From Elusimicrobiota bacterium (GTDB lineage Bacteria > Elusimicrobiota > Endomicrobiia > CG1-02-37-114 > JAHJSO01): a stretch of DNA of 48,532 bases. The stretch spans positions 1-48,532 of the forward strand of contig JBDRQF010000060.1 of NCBI GenBank assembly GCA_043826435.1, read 5' to 3'. Both the position numbers and the translations under genes were made by a program. Positions 1 through 9,246 of the stretch are shown here, one piece after another. How positions within the stretch are numbered: the stretch's first letter is position 1; the number at the start of each line of letters is the position of its first letter. The notes below the pieces were generated by a model, which made no database searches, was not told the DNA's origin, and worked only from the letters and a program-made list of their open reading frames with translations.

Positions 1-348
1 GGGCGATGTTTCTGCAACCGCCGTTTCCCCGTAGGGGCCGGTTGTCGTCACCTCAGCCGGTGGGGTTTCCGCCGTAACCGCCTGTTCCGGGGCAACCCCT
101 TCTGCGACCATCCCCGGTATTGAAAATTCCTGTGCGGGATAAATCCAGTGCGGGTCGTTTATCTTATCTCTGTTCGCCTCATAAATCTTCTTCCACTGCC
201 ACGGGTTATTGTAGTACCTGCCCGCCAGCCCCCAGAGCGTCTCACCGTCTGAAACAGTATGGCCCGTGCCCTGCGCCAACGCCATGCCGGATGCAAGGCA
301 TACGACGATAAAAAACATCACGATAGCCGCCAATCTTTTTGTCCACAT
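1..348 (-). CDS. Secreted LysM peptidoglycan-binding protein (N-terminal part; continues off the window)
   Basis: Not in the ORF track. Manual translation from ATG at 348 (SD GGGAGG upstream): MWTKRLAAIVMFFIVVCLASGMALAQGTGHTVSDGETLWGLAGRYYNNPWQWKKIYEANRDKINDPHWIYPAQEFSIP, i.e. signal peptide plus LysM, then an Ala/Pro/Thr/Glu linker. Confidence 0.9.
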   Translation of the reverse strand, partial: MWTKRLAAIVMFFIVVCLASGMALAQGTGHTVSDGETLWGLAGRYYNNPWQWKKIYEANRDKINDPHWIYPAQEFSIPGMVAEGVAPEQAVTAETPPAEVTTTGPYGETAVAETSP

Positions 349-408
349 TTTTTTAACCTCCCATTGCCGTGCCGGGGCGCTTTCCCGCCGCCTCACAGGG
401 CGTTCCGC

Positions 409-990
409 CTATTCCTTTTTTATATTTTTACCATATATTTTACAAAAAGTCAAGCAGTTTTTATTATCCTTCAGCCACCAGAAGAGTTCAGTCACAAGAA
501 TACCCACGAGAGCCCCTATCAGGACGTCGCTCGGGTAATGCACCCCGACGTAAATCCTGCTTAACCCCACAGCAACGGCTATGCCCCAGAAAACCGCCCT
601 GTATTTTTTAATCTCCTTAATGAAAAAGACGGCAGCGGTAAATATCGCCTGCGTATGGCCGGACGGGAAACTATTCTCCCTGAGGGGGGTCAGCAGCACG
701 CGCACTTCGTTGAGCGCAGCGAGCGGCCTCGGCCTTCCTATTACAAACTTCAGCAACTGGATTACAATGCCTCCTACCATGCCGGCAATTATGAAAAATA
801 TAAAATTCTGCCAGAATCTCCGCCTGTCATACAAATACAGGACAACACCTACGACAAGGGCAAGCACATGCCCGTAACCCAGCAGCGTAAAGAACACCAT
901 CGGATAATCCAGCAGGGCGGTGCGCATCCCGTGGTTTATAAAGACAAAAATGCTCCAGTCAATTGCCCTGACCGTTTCAAACAAATTCAT
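409..990 (-). CDS. PAP2-family membrane phosphatase (undecaprenyl-PP or lipid A phosphatase-like)
   Basis: PAP2 motifs KxxxGRPRP, SFPSGH, SRIYVGVHYPSDV; several TM helices. Start at ATG 990 preferred (alternative 1017). Confidence 0.9.
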   Translation of the reverse strand: MNLFETVRAIDWSIFVFINHGMRTALLDYPMVFFTLLGYGHVLALVVGVVLYLYDRRRFWQNFIFFIIAGMVGGIVIQLLKFVIGRPRPLAALNEVRVLLTPLRENSFPSGHTQAIFTAAVFFIKEIKKYRAVFWGIAVAVGLSRIYVGVHYPSDVLIGALVGILVTELFWWLKDNKNCLTFCKIYGKNIKKE

Positions 991-994
991 TATG

Positions 995-2608
995 TTACAT
1001 ATTAGATAATAAAACATATCCGCCGCTCTCCTGGAGCACTTTGATTTCTGCCGGCATGCCCTGTTTCAATTTCGCTCCGCTGATAATGTATATCCTTTTA
1101 TTGTTGATTTTTCCGTGGGACAGGATATGCTCAAAACGGGCCTTTTCCTCCCGTGTAAGGATTTCCGCCCTGCTGCGCGTATAAAAATTTATGCTCGGGT
1201 GACGCAGCTCATAAATGACAAGGATGGATCCGTCATTCAGTTTATGTCTTAGGCCCGTTGAAATCCTGTGCAGCCCTCCCTGGGTGTATTGCCAGAGTAC
1301 GGGAATAACGTAATCTGTAAGGGCGTAGTTAAACAGAAACATCCCCATTGCCAGTACGGCTATTGAGTACTCCCTGCGACGGAATTTTTCAAGGATAAAA
1401 ACAATAATCAAAAACAGGACAAAACCCGCTGCCAGCACTTTGAAGGAAATGCCGAAGGTTGCCGGCTCAGCCATATACGGCAGGTTAAACCTTGCCCGGA
1501 CCATATCTGCAAGTGTCCGGGAAAATGTGAATAGCCCCGCCCAGAAAATGCTAATGACTGAAAATATTACAAGGTGTATCGTTACCAACGGACCATTATT
1601 ATTTCCATCTATGTATTTGTTCCACCAAACAGCGACAAGAACGGACATCGGCGGGAAAATGGGCAGGGCATAATTAGGCAGTTTCGTGTATGAGATTGAA
1701 AAAAATACAAACGGGATAACCATCCAGACAATTAAGAATAAATTTTTCTTGTCCTTCATCAGGGATTTCACTGCCCCTGTTATCCCTGCCGGCAGGAACG
1801 CGCTCCAGGGATAAAAACCCAGAAGTATAACGCCCAGATAGTAAAAAACCGTACCTGAATGCCCCTCAAACGAACGGGTAAACCTCGCCACATTGTGATA
1901 CATAAAAAATTCCTTCAGGAAGTCGCCCCCTGAAGCGACGGAAACAAGGACGTACCATGGCAATGCCGTTACAAGAAAAATAATTATTCCGGGGACGTTC
2001 AGCAAACGTTTAACCTTTGAAACTTCTCCTGCCAGGAGCAGGAAAATGAATATAATAACGCCGGGCAACACAATCCCTGCGGGCCCTTTGGTTAAAACAG
2101 CCAGGGCAGCAAACAGGTAGACCGCCATGTAGCCGCCTTTTTTCTCATTAAAAAAGGCAAGTGCGAAACTCACCAGGCAACCCGTAACAAAAAAAACAAA
2201 CATCGTGTCCATCACTGCTGATTTTGACAGGATAAGCATCTCAACGTTGGTTGACAGGATAACGGCAGAAAGCAACGCAGTCCTTGAGTTAAACATCCTC
2301 CGGACAAAATACCATGTCCCCAAAACCATGAGCACGGCGAACACCCCGCCGGGGATACGGGCTGTTATCTCACTGACCCCGAACAGTTTGTAAAATACAG
2401 CCGTCGTCCAGTAATACAGGACGGGCTTCTCATAGAACGGCAGTCCGTTATAAGTCGGCACGATAAAACTGCCGTTTTTCATCATCTCCATGCTGACGCC
2501 TGCATAAACCGCCTCGTCAACGTCAAAAAGCCCGCAGCCGCCGGTACCGTGGAAAAATAAGAAATAACCTGCAACAATTAAAAAAAGGTAGGTAAGCGCC
2601 TTTCTCAT
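995..2608 (-). CDS. ArnT/PMT-family (GT83/GT39-like) integral membrane glycosyltransferase
   Basis: DVDEAVYA, EKPVLYYW, MDTMF, LTKGPAG, KLPNYALP motifs; many TM segments. Confidence 0.88.
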   Translation of the reverse strand: MRKALTYLFLIVAGYFLFFHGTGGCGLFDVDEAVYAGVSMEMMKNGSFIVPTYNGLPFYEKPVLYYWTTAVFYKLFGVSEITARIPGGVFAVLMVLGTWYFVRRMFNSRTALLSAVILSTNVEMLILSKSAVMDTMFVFFVTGCLVSFALAFFNEKKGGYMAVYLFAALAVLTKGPAGIVLPGVIIFIFLLLAGEVSKVKRLLNVPGIIIFLVTALPWYVLVSVASGGDFLKEFFMYHNVARFTRSFEGHSGTVFYYLGVILLGFYPWSAFLPAGITGAVKSLMKDKKNLFLIVWMVIPFVFFSISYTKLPNYALPIFPPMSVLVAVWWNKYIDGNNNGPLVTIHLVIFSVISIFWAGLFTFSRTLADMVRARFNLPYMAEPATFGISFKVLAAGFVLFLIIVFILEKFRRREYSIAVLAMGMFLFNYALTDYVIPVLWQYTQGGLHRISTGLRHKLNDGSILVIYELRHPSINFYTRSRAEILTREEKARFEHILSHGKINNKRIYIISGAKLKQGMPAEIKVLQESGGYVLLSNM

Positions 2609-2697
2609 CGTGCGTTAACCTATTATGTGCCTTCTTAACCTTTTCATAAGTTAGTCAAAACAATTAATAAAACCGCCAGTTGGTTGCTTACTTTTTC

Positions 2698-4329
2698 TCA
2701 TAAGAGCCGCCTGTCAAGTGACCTGTATTGTACCGCCTCCGCTATATCCTGCGGTTCAATGTCCCTTTTCCCCGCAACGTCCGCTATGGTCCGCGCGACC
2801 TTTAGTATTTTGTCGCATCCGCGGGCTGAAAGCCCTAATTTTTCAACCGCCTGCCTGAGGAGTTTTCTTGACGGAGCGTCAATCCGACAGAAATCTTTTA
2901 TCATCTTTGAAGTCATTTTCGCGTTCGTCCATACCTTTTTTTTGGCGGCGCTGTTCCATTGCGTAAACCTTTCCTGCTGGATAACTCTTGCCTTCTCAAC
3001 CCTCTCTCTTATTGCAGAAGAACAGTATAAATCGGGCGCCGCCGGTGAGTCAGAATCCCCCTCCCCATGGGCAAAATCCTCCGTAAGTTCCGCTATAGTC
3101 ACTGCCGGAACCTCCAGGTGTATGTCAATGCGGTCAAGCAGGGGACCTGAGACCTTGCTTAAATATTTTTGTATTTTAAAGGAACTGCAAACACATTCTT
3201 TCTCATAATGCCCGTAATACCCGCACGGGCAGGGATTCATCGCAGCGACAAGCATAAAGTCCGCGGGCAGTGTTATACTCTGCTGCGCCCTGGCTATTGA
3301 CACAAACCCCTCCTCAAGCGGCTGCCTCAGGACTTCAATCACGTTACGGTGAAATTCGGGCAGTTCATCCAGGAACAGGACGCCGTTGTGCGCAAGAGAG
3401 ACCTCCCCCGGCTTCGGGAAGGCGCCCCCTCCTATAAGAGCCACGTCGGATACCGTGTGGTGCGGGGACCTGAATGGCCTGGTAACCAGAATACCTTCGG
3501 ATGGAGCAAGACGGCCGGCGACAGAATGAATCCTCGTCGTCTCCATCGCCTCGTCAAAATTCATCACTGGTAAAACCGTCGGGATCCGTTTCGCCATCAT
3601 CGTTTTCCCTGAACCCGGGGGGCCTACCATAATCACATTGTGCCCTCCTGCGGCAGCCACCTCAATCGCCCGCTTTGCAAACCCCTGCCCCTTCACGTCC
3701 GAGTAGTCACTGTCATACTCGTCCATCCTGGTAAATATTGCGCTTGTGTCCGCAGAGCAGGGGCTTATATTGATTTCCCCGTTTAAGAACTGCACTGTTT
3801 CTTTCAACGTCTTGACCGGGATTACCTCCGTGCCGTCAACCATCGCCGATTCCCGCGCATTTTTTGCGGGAATGACCATTCCCTTTATTTTTTCAAGTTT
3901 TGACCGTTCGTCCGATTTGACTGCCCCGTGTATTTTCAGTTCCCTGAGTGATACGGCCATTGACAGCGCCCCTTTTATGTCCCTCAGGGTCCCGTCAAGC
4001 GCCAGTTCCCCGACGAGAATGTATTCCTGCAGGAGTTCGGGCCGGACGGCGCCGGCCGCAGCAAGTATCCCGACGGCAATCGGCAAATCAAACCCGGCGC
4101 CCTCTTTCCTTATGTCAGCAGGGGCGAGGTTCACGGTAATTTTTCTCATCGGGTATTCAAAGCCGGAGTTCTTTATTGCTGCCGTCACGCGGTCCTTGGA
4201 TTCCGTGATAGACCTGTCGGGAAGCCCTACCGTCGCAAAACATGGCAGGCCGGAAGAAATATCAACCTGAACGTTCACGATATAACCATCCAGCCCGCGG
4301 ATAGCTGCTGAAAATACGTTTGACAGCAT
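2698..4329 (-). CDS. comM: YifB/ComM Mg-chelatase-like AAA+ ATPase
   Basis: VGLPD, NLAPADIRKEGAGFDLPIA, Walker A GPPGSGKT, PFRSPHH, GEVSLAHNGVLFLDELPEF, AAMNPCPCG, SGPLLDRID. Confidence 0.95.
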   Translation of the reverse strand: MLSNVFSAAIRGLDGYIVNVQVDISSGLPCFATVGLPDRSITESKDRVTAAIKNSGFEYPMRKITVNLAPADIRKEGAGFDLPIAVGILAAAGAVRPELLQEYILVGELALDGTLRDIKGALSMAVSLRELKIHGAVKSDERSKLEKIKGMVIPAKNARESAMVDGTEVIPVKTLKETVQFLNGEINISPCSADTSAIFTRMDEYDSDYSDVKGQGFAKRAIEVAAAGGHNVIMVGPPGSGKTMMAKRIPTVLPVMNFDEAMETTRIHSVAGRLAPSEGILVTRPFRSPHHTVSDVALIGGGAFPKPGEVSLAHNGVLFLDELPEFHRNVIEVLRQPLEEGFVSIARAQQSITLPADFMLVAAMNPCPCGYYGHYEKECVCSSFKIQKYLSKVSGPLLDRIDIHLEVPAVTIAELTEDFAHGEGDSDSPAAPDLYCSSAIRERVEKARVIQQERFTQWNSAAKKKVWTNAKMTSKMIKDFCRIDAPSRKLLRQAVEKLGLSARGCDKILKVARTIADVAGKRDIEPQDIAEAVQYRSLDRRLL

Positions 4330-4357
4330 TTTTATATTTCAGGGATACGGCGCCACA

Positions 4358-4777
4358 TTAGAAACGATACTTGCAGGAATCGGCGTTGAAAGCATTCTCT
4401 ATGTGTTCAATTCTTCCGCCGGTTATTGCAAGGACGTCAAACCTGATATCCCTGTCCCTTATGTCTCTTATTTTCATATACTGGAGAGCCACCTTTATCA
4501 GTTTATTTCTTTTGCGCGAGTTTACTGCTAACTGCGGAGGGCCGAACGATAAACTCATTCCGGACGGTGTTCTTGTCTTAACTTCTATAAATACAATTTC
4601 CGACGACGGAGCCGCTCCCCCGGGGAAGCCCCGTTTGGTTCTCGTTTCTGCAACTATGTCAATCTCCCCCAAACGGGTCCTGAAGTTCCTGTCAATTATT
4701 GAATAACCGTTTTCAAGAAGGTACCGCACAGCCGCCTCTTCGCCTGAGGCTCCTAATTTTTGTCTGGTGTGAGTCAT
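4358..4777 (-). CDS. yraN: YraN (UPF0102) PD-(D/E)XK endonuclease
   Basis: LGASGEEAA, RNFRTRLGEIDIVA, VFIEVKTR, RFDV, HIENAF; conserved position between rnhB and comM. Confidence 0.93.
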   Translation of the reverse strand: MTHTRQKLGASGEEAAVRYLLENGYSIIDRNFRTRLGEIDIVAETRTKRGFPGGAAPSSEIVFIEVKTRTPSGMSLSFGPPQLAVNSRKRNKLIKVALQYMKIRDIRDRDIRFDVLAITGGRIEHIENAFNADSCKYRF

Positions 4778-5364
4778 AACAAACTAAAACTTGTTCTGTG
4801 CGCGGAACAGATACCGTATTTTTTAATAGCCGATCTGTGTTTTTTTGTAGGGTAACCTTTGTGAACGGCAAAACCGTAAACGGGGAACAGGGTATGTAGT
4901 TTTCTCATAATTCCGTCCCTGTAAACCTTGGACACAATCCCTGCACACGCGACGCAGGCGCTCTTCGCATCTCCTGCAATTATGGCCTTCTGCTGAATCC
5001 TGACGCCGGGGATGGTGAACGGCCCGTCAACCAAAACCAGATCCGGCAAAACAGTAAGTTTTTTCAGCGCCGACTTCATCGCCCGGTACGTCGCATTGTG
5101 TATATTAATCCTGTCAATTACCGACTGCCATACAACCCCTATTCCTATGGCGACCGCATCCCGTACAATGGTTTTATAATACATCTCTCTTTTTCTTTCG
5201 GTAAGCGTCTTGCCGTCCGCAAGCCCTTTCAGGCGAAAACCTCCGGGCAGGACAACAGCAGAAGCGACCACCGGCCCTGCAAGCGGCCCCCTGCCGGCCT
5301 CATCAACGCCCGCTATAACCTTTATACCACTCCGTTTAAATTTTCTGTCAAAGGCAAACAACAT
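4774..5364 (-). CDS. rnhB: Ribonuclease HII
   Basis: AGVDEAGRGPLAGPVVA, VLVDG, GDAKS, HKGYPT, HRTSF. Confidence 0.96.
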   Translation of the reverse strand: MLFAFDRKFKRSGIKVIAGVDEAGRGPLAGPVVASAVVLPGGFRLKGLADGKTLTERKREMYYKTIVRDAVAIGIGVVWQSVIDRINIHNATYRAMKSALKKLTVLPDLVLVDGPFTIPGVRIQQKAIIAGDAKSACVACAGIVSKVYRDGIMRKLHTLFPVYGFAVHKGYPTKKHRSAIKKYGICSAHRTSFSLL

Positions 5365-5774
5365 TACTTCGCTTCTTTTGTTTCAACTACCTTCGTATCC
5401 GGCGCTTTCGTTTCCGGCATTTTCGCTTCCGGCACTGCATACTCTTCAACCCTTGCCGCCTTGCCGATGAGTTTCCTCAGATAGTAAAGTTTTGCCCTGC
5501 GGACCTTCCCCTGTTTAACGACTTCAATTTTCTCAATGGTGGGGGTATAAAGGGGAAAAATTCTTTCAATCCCGACGCCAAAAGAAAGTTTCCTCACGGT
5601 AAACGTCTCGTCAAGCCCCGACCCTTTCCTGGACACTACGACGCCTTCAAACGCCTGCGTCCTCTCCGCGTCACCCTCGTGAATCTTTACCGTAACCTTG
5701 ATGGTGTCGCCGGGCCCGAACTTCGTGAAAACCTTCTTTTCCATAAGAAGTTGCTGCTCTGTCTGATTAAGCAT
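5364..5774 (-). CDS. rplS: 50S ribosomal protein L19, with a short C-terminal ETK-type repeat tail
   Basis: [52 protein letters not shown] 5774 has a GGGGG SD; the upstream part of the ORF track call is probably spurious. Confidence 0.96.
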   Translation of the reverse strand: MLNQTEQQLLMEKKVFTKFGPGDTIKVTVKIHEGDAERTQAFEGVVVSRKGSGLDETFTVRKLSFGVGIERIFPLYTPTIEKIEVVKQGKVRRAKLYYLRKLIGKAARVEEYAVPEAKMPETKAPDTKVVETKEAK

Positions 5775-5888
5775 ATTTTGCCCCCAAGCGTGCGTTATCA
5801 TGGTTGGTCTGTTCGCAACGCTTTTTAAGTTACCAACAACGATTAATAAAACATACAAGTTGGTTGTTTATTTTGCCCCTTATTCTGG

Positions 5889-5973
5889 GTCATTACGAGC
5901 CCCGAAGGGGCGAAGTAATCTCATAGATTATCGGCGATGGGATTGCTTCGGGACTTCGTCCCTCGCAATGACA
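5889..5973. repeat. REP-like palindromic element (inverted pair of units)
   Basis: GTCATTACGAGCCCCGAAGGGGCGAAGTAATCTCA (5889-5923) and the inverted unit GGGATTGCTTCGGGACTTCGTCCCTCGCAATGACA (5939-5973) between trmD and rplS. Confidence 0.85.
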
Positions 5974-5980
5974 CTTCGTG

Positions 5981-6718
5981 TCAATTATATTTCTTTTTCA
6001 ATGACAGTAAAATGTCCTTTTGCTCCCGCGAAAGTTTTGCCCTTTCAAGCAGGTCTCTGCGCTTCAGCAAAGTATTCTTCAGGGATTGTCTCGCCCGCCA
6101 CAGCCGTATCTTTTCGTGATTGCCTGAAAGCAAAACATCCGGAACTTTCATCCCGCGGAAATTGCGGGGCCTCGTATAATGCGGGTAATCCAGGAGACCG
6201 TCAAAAAACGAGTCCTTTTCAAACGATTCGCTTTCTTTTATAACCCCGGGAATCAGACGTACAACGCTGTCAACAACCACCATTGCGGGCAGTTCTCCTC
6301 CCGTTAAGACGTAGTCCCCGATGGATATTTCTTCATCAACGTCTTTCATTATCCGCTCGTCTATGCCTTCATACCTGCCGCATACAAGGAGCAGTCGCCT
6401 GTACCTGGAAAGAGCAAGGGCAACCGCCTGGTTGAATTGTTTCCCCTGGGGTGAAAGCAAAATTACCCTGCCGCCGGCGTCCTCTATCGCCCTGTGTACC
6501 GGCCCCGCCTTCATCACCATCCCGCTCCCGCCGCCATAAGGACGGTCATCAACCTTGCGGTTTTTATCTCCCGAGTATTTTCTTATGTCGCGGATTTTGA
6601 TTTCAATTATTTTATTCTTACGGGCTCTCCCCACTATACCCTCTGAAAAAATGCACTCAAACATCTTCGGAAAAAGCGTAAGGACTTCAATTCTGGTCTT
6701 CGCACTCATTGTAATCAA
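5981..6718 (-). CDS. trmD: tRNA (guanine37-N1)-methyltransferase
   Basis: VDDRPYGGGSGMVM, LLSPQG, CGRYEGIDER, SIGDYVLTGGE, YPHYTRP, SGNH. Start may be ATG 6709. Confidence 0.97.
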   Translation of the reverse strand: MITMSAKTRIEVLTLFPKMFECIFSEGIVGRARKNKIIEIKIRDIRKYSGDKNRKVDDRPYGGGSGMVMKAGPVHRAIEDAGGRVILLSPQGKQFNQAVALALSRYRRLLLVCGRYEGIDERIMKDVDEEISIGDYVLTGGELPAMVVVDSVVRLIPGVIKESESFEKDSFFDGLLDYPHYTRPRNFRGMKVPDVLLSGNHEKIRLWRARQSLKNTLLKRRDLLERAKLSREQKDILLSLKKKYN

Positions 6719-7199
6719 CTACTACCTTTTTATTTTTTATGTCAACCTTCCGAATAACCTTTTTCAGCGCCGGTATCATGATTTCGCCGACGACATAAAC
6801 GTCGTTAGCCCCTGTCCTGATCACTTTATCAATCACCCCTAATTTTTCTCCGGCCGTGTTAAATACCTCGCAGTTTATCAGATCATCAACCCAGTACGTT
6901 TCTGCCGGAAGTTTCCTGATTTTAACCCCGATACAATAACCGGAAAGTTTCCTGAAACGGGTATCTAAAAAATTCTGGCTGTTTTTAAAACTTATGAGAT
7001 AGCGGCTTTGGGATGACGGGCCGAAGCGCCTTACCCGTGATATTTCAAACGGCCCTAGTAGGTTTTCGGCGCGCTCCAGAAAGACCTTGCGCGGTAAAGC
7101 GGGTGAACACTTCGTATCAAGACAGACAAGTAGTTCTCCCTTCATCCCGTGGTGCCGGACGACATAACCCACTTTGAGCAAACGTCCGGGTTTATTCAA
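6687..7199 (-). CDS. rimM: Ribosome maturation factor RimM
   Basis: VGYVVRHHGMKGEL, YWVDDLINCEV, TGANDVYVV, IPA; synteny in rpsP-rimM-trmD-rplS. Confidence 0.9.
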   Translation of the reverse strand: MNKPGRLLKVGYVVRHHGMKGELLVCLDTKCSPALPRKVFLERAENLLGPFEISRVRRFGPSSQSRYLISFKNSQNFLDTRFRKLSGYCIGVKIRKLPAETYWVDDLINCEVFNTAGEKLGVIDKVIRTGANDVYVVGEIMIPALKKVIRKVDIKNKKVVVDYNECEDQN

Positions 7200-7422
7200 T
7201 TATTTCTACGGAAGCCCTCTTGTCCATCTTCGCTGCAGCGGAACCGACTATTATTCGGATTGCCTTAATAATTCTGCCTTCCTTACCTATTATCTTTCCC
7301 CTGTCGGTATCCACAACCTTCAGTTCCAATATCGTTGATTTGTCGCCCTGGATTTCCTTCACTTCAACTTTATCAGGATTGTCAACCAGTGCTTTTGCAA
7401 TCTGAAGCACTAAATCTTTCAT
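7192..7422 (-). CDS. khpA: KH-domain RNA-binding protein KhpA/YlqC
   Basis: LVDNPDKV, DRGKIIGKEGRIIKAIR (GxxG loop); position after rpsP. Confidence 0.93.
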   Translation of the reverse strand: MKDLVLQIAKALVDNPDKVEVKEIQGDKSTILELKVVDTDRGKIIGKEGRIIKAIRIIVGSAAAKMDKRASVEIIE

Positions 7423-7453
7423 TGTGTTAGTCCTCCCGGTCGCCCGCTATCAC

Positions 7454-7702
7454 TTATACCCTTGACATGTCTGCCTTTTTCAGCAGCGATGCGACTGTCG
7501 GTGTTGGTTGGGCTCCGCATTTCAGCCAGTAGTCAACCCGCTGGCGGTCAACTTTTAGTTTATTTTCGTTCAAAACCGGGTCGTATTGACCCAGAACCTC
7601 AATTGGCCTTCCGTCGCGCTTTTTGTGAATGTCAACAACGACTACCCTGTAGTAAGCACGTTTTGGACGTCCCACTCTCTTTAATCTTATTCGTACAGAC
7701 AC
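7454..7702 (-). CDS. rpsP: 30S ribosomal protein S16
   Basis: VRIRLKRVG, YRVVVVD, RDGRPIEVLGQYDP, YWLKCGAQPT; GTG start with GGAGGT SD. Confidence 0.97.
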   Translation of the reverse strand: MSVRIRLKRVGRPKRAYYRVVVVDIHKKRDGRPIEVLGQYDPVLNENKLKVDRQRVDYWLKCGAQPTPTVASLLKKADMSRV

Positions 7703-7732
7703 TTTGGTTTATCACCTCCTACTGTCGTGCGC

Positions 7733-8809
7733 TCACCTTGTGATTATTACTTTTATCGTCTTGCCCCCCGTCGGTTTTTCGGGTGCGTGGACATAAATAA
7801 TATACACGCCTGTGCCTAACTGCCTGCCTTCTTCGTCAAGTCCGTTCCATTCCAGATAACCGTTGGAGTCAGCCGTCAGATATTTAATAAAATTTCCTGC
7901 TATACTGTACACCCGCACATTGGCGTTTGACGGCATGTCTGCAAACTTCAGCGGGATATTATCCGAGTATTTGAAGAGTGATGGGTAGGCGTATGCGTTT
8001 TTTACATCAGAAGGGGGTGTAGTAGTGTCAGCAGTCCCTTTAGCATATTTCAAATCATAGTTTTTGTTATCATAATAAGAAATATGCGGCTCGTTGTTTG
8101 TATCAAGGGCTATGGCGGTATCATGGCCCACATCTCCTGCTGATGAGTCAATTGTCTGGACATCCCATGAACTTCCAGTCCATTTCGCATATTTCAAATC
8201 ATCGTTTGCGATATCCCAATAAGAAATATGCGGATAATTGTTTGTATCAAGGGCTATGGAAGTATAATAGGAAGAACTCCAGCCCACATCTCCTACTGAG
8301 TCAATTGTTTGGACTAACCAAGAAGTCCCGGTCCATTTTGCATATTTCAAATCATCGTTTGCGATATCCCAATAAGAAATATGCGGATAATTGTTTGTAT
8401 CAAGGGCTATGGCGGTATCATGGCCCACATCTCCTGCTGAGTCAACTGTTTGTGTTGACCATGAAGCACCGGTCCATTTTGCATATTTCAAATCACCGTT
8501 TGTGATATCCCAATAAGAAATATGCGGATAATTGTTTGTATCAAGGGCTATGGAGGTAAGATAGCCCACACTTCCTGCTGAGTCAACTGTCTGGATTGAC
8601 CATGAAGTGCCTGTCCATTTCGCATATTTCAGGTCCCAGTTTGTGCTATCCCCATAAGAAATATGCGGATAATTGTTTGTATCAAGTGCGATGGAAGTAT
8701 AGTGACCCACATATCCTGCAGAGTCAACTGTCTGGACATTCCAGCCAGCCCACAAAAAACCACTGTTAGTAAACAAGCAGAGAGTAATTATGAGAAATAT
8801 TTTAACCAT
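7733..8809 (-). CDS. Secreted tandem-repeat (predicted beta-propeller) protein with a C-terminal FlgD-Ig/T9SS-CTD-like domain
   Basis: Signal peptide; five ~47-aa repeats WxxQTVDSAGxVGxxTSIALDTNNYPHISYxDxxNxDLKYAKWTG; Thr/Pro linker; tail AYAYPS...VRVYSIAGNFIK...WNGLDEEGRQLGTGVYII...KVIITR. Confidence 0.8.
   Translation of the reverse strand: MVKIFLIITLCLFTNSGFLWAGWNVQTVDSAGYVGHYTSIALDTNNYPHISYGDSTNWDLKYAKWTGTSWSIQTVDSAGSVGYLTSIALDTNNYPHISYWDITNGDLKYAKWTGASWSTQTVDSAGDVGHDTAIALDTNNYPHISYWDIANDDLKYAKWTGTSWLVQTIDSVGDVGWSSSYYTSIALDTNNYPHISYWDIANDDLKYAKWTGSSWDVQTIDSSAGDVGHDTAIALDTNNEPHISYYDNKNYDLKYAKGTADTTTPPSDVKNAYAYPSLFKYSDNIPLKFADMPSNANVRVYSIAGNFIKYLTADSNGYLEWNGLDEEGRQLGTGVYIIYVHAPEKPTGGKTIKVIITR
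8038..8743 (-). repeat. Intragenic tandem repeat, 5 units of ~141-153 bp
   Basis: The block ATAAGAAATATGCGGATAATTGTTTGTATCAAG and the block GCATATTTCA recur in each unit with near-identity at DNA level. Confidence 0.95.
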
Positions 8810-9194
8810 TTTTATCCTTTATTACATATTTTGGCTCGGACCTTTTTGCCCCTATAAGATTAGATATATGTTCTAATACCCTTAATGTCTCTTTGTGATT
8901 TTCTTCCCTCATTTTTTCCATCTCATGTAATGTTTTTTCATTATTTTCCGACATTCTGCCAAGGATTATTTCTAACCTTTTATGCCCGTCCTCAATCATT
9001 TTCTTTGTCTCGGCGCTCTGCTGCTCCGCCCTCTTATGTCCATCCTCAATTATTTGTTTTGCACGGGCATCCTCGGTCTGGACCAATTCATCTGTCTTCC
9101 TGCTCCAATAACGGGTCAATAAAACTGCAAGCCCCGCAACCAGTACGCTTGATATACCGATTATAAAACTGAATACCGTCAATAATGTCTCCAT
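8802..9194 (-). CDS. Hypothetical single-pass membrane protein with coiled coil
   Basis: N-terminal hydrophobic helix, then a charged helical region with IEDGHKR repeated at 18-aa spacing; SD GAGGGGAG before ATG 9194; stop overlaps the next start. Confidence 0.7.
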   Translation of the reverse strand: METLLTVFSFIIGISSVLVAGLAVLLTRYWSRKTDELVQTEDARAKQIIEDGHKRAEQQSAETKKMIEDGHKRLEIILGRMSENNEKTLHEMEKMREENHKETLRVLEHISNLIGAKRSEPKYVIKDKNG

Positions 9195-9209
9195 AATTTC
9201 ACTCCCCTC

Positions 9210-9246
9210 TGTCATTGCGAGAAGCGTTAGCGACGAAGCAATCTCA
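9210..9246 (+). repeat. REP-like palindromic element (single unit)
   Basis: TGTCATTGCGAGAAGCGTTAGCGACGAAGCAATCTCA, 36/37 identical to 24293-24329; its terminal TCA is the TGA stop of the 9244-10713 gene. Confidence 0.9.

Noticed and set aside
2698..5364. rnhB-yraN-comM as a novel system
   Set aside because: This is a widely conserved, known arrangement linked to recombination and transformation.
8038..8743. CRISPR array or DGR template/variable repeat
   Set aside because: Units are 141-153 bp, in frame and protein-coding with no unique spacers; differences are not adenine-restricted; no cas or reverse transcriptase gene in the window.
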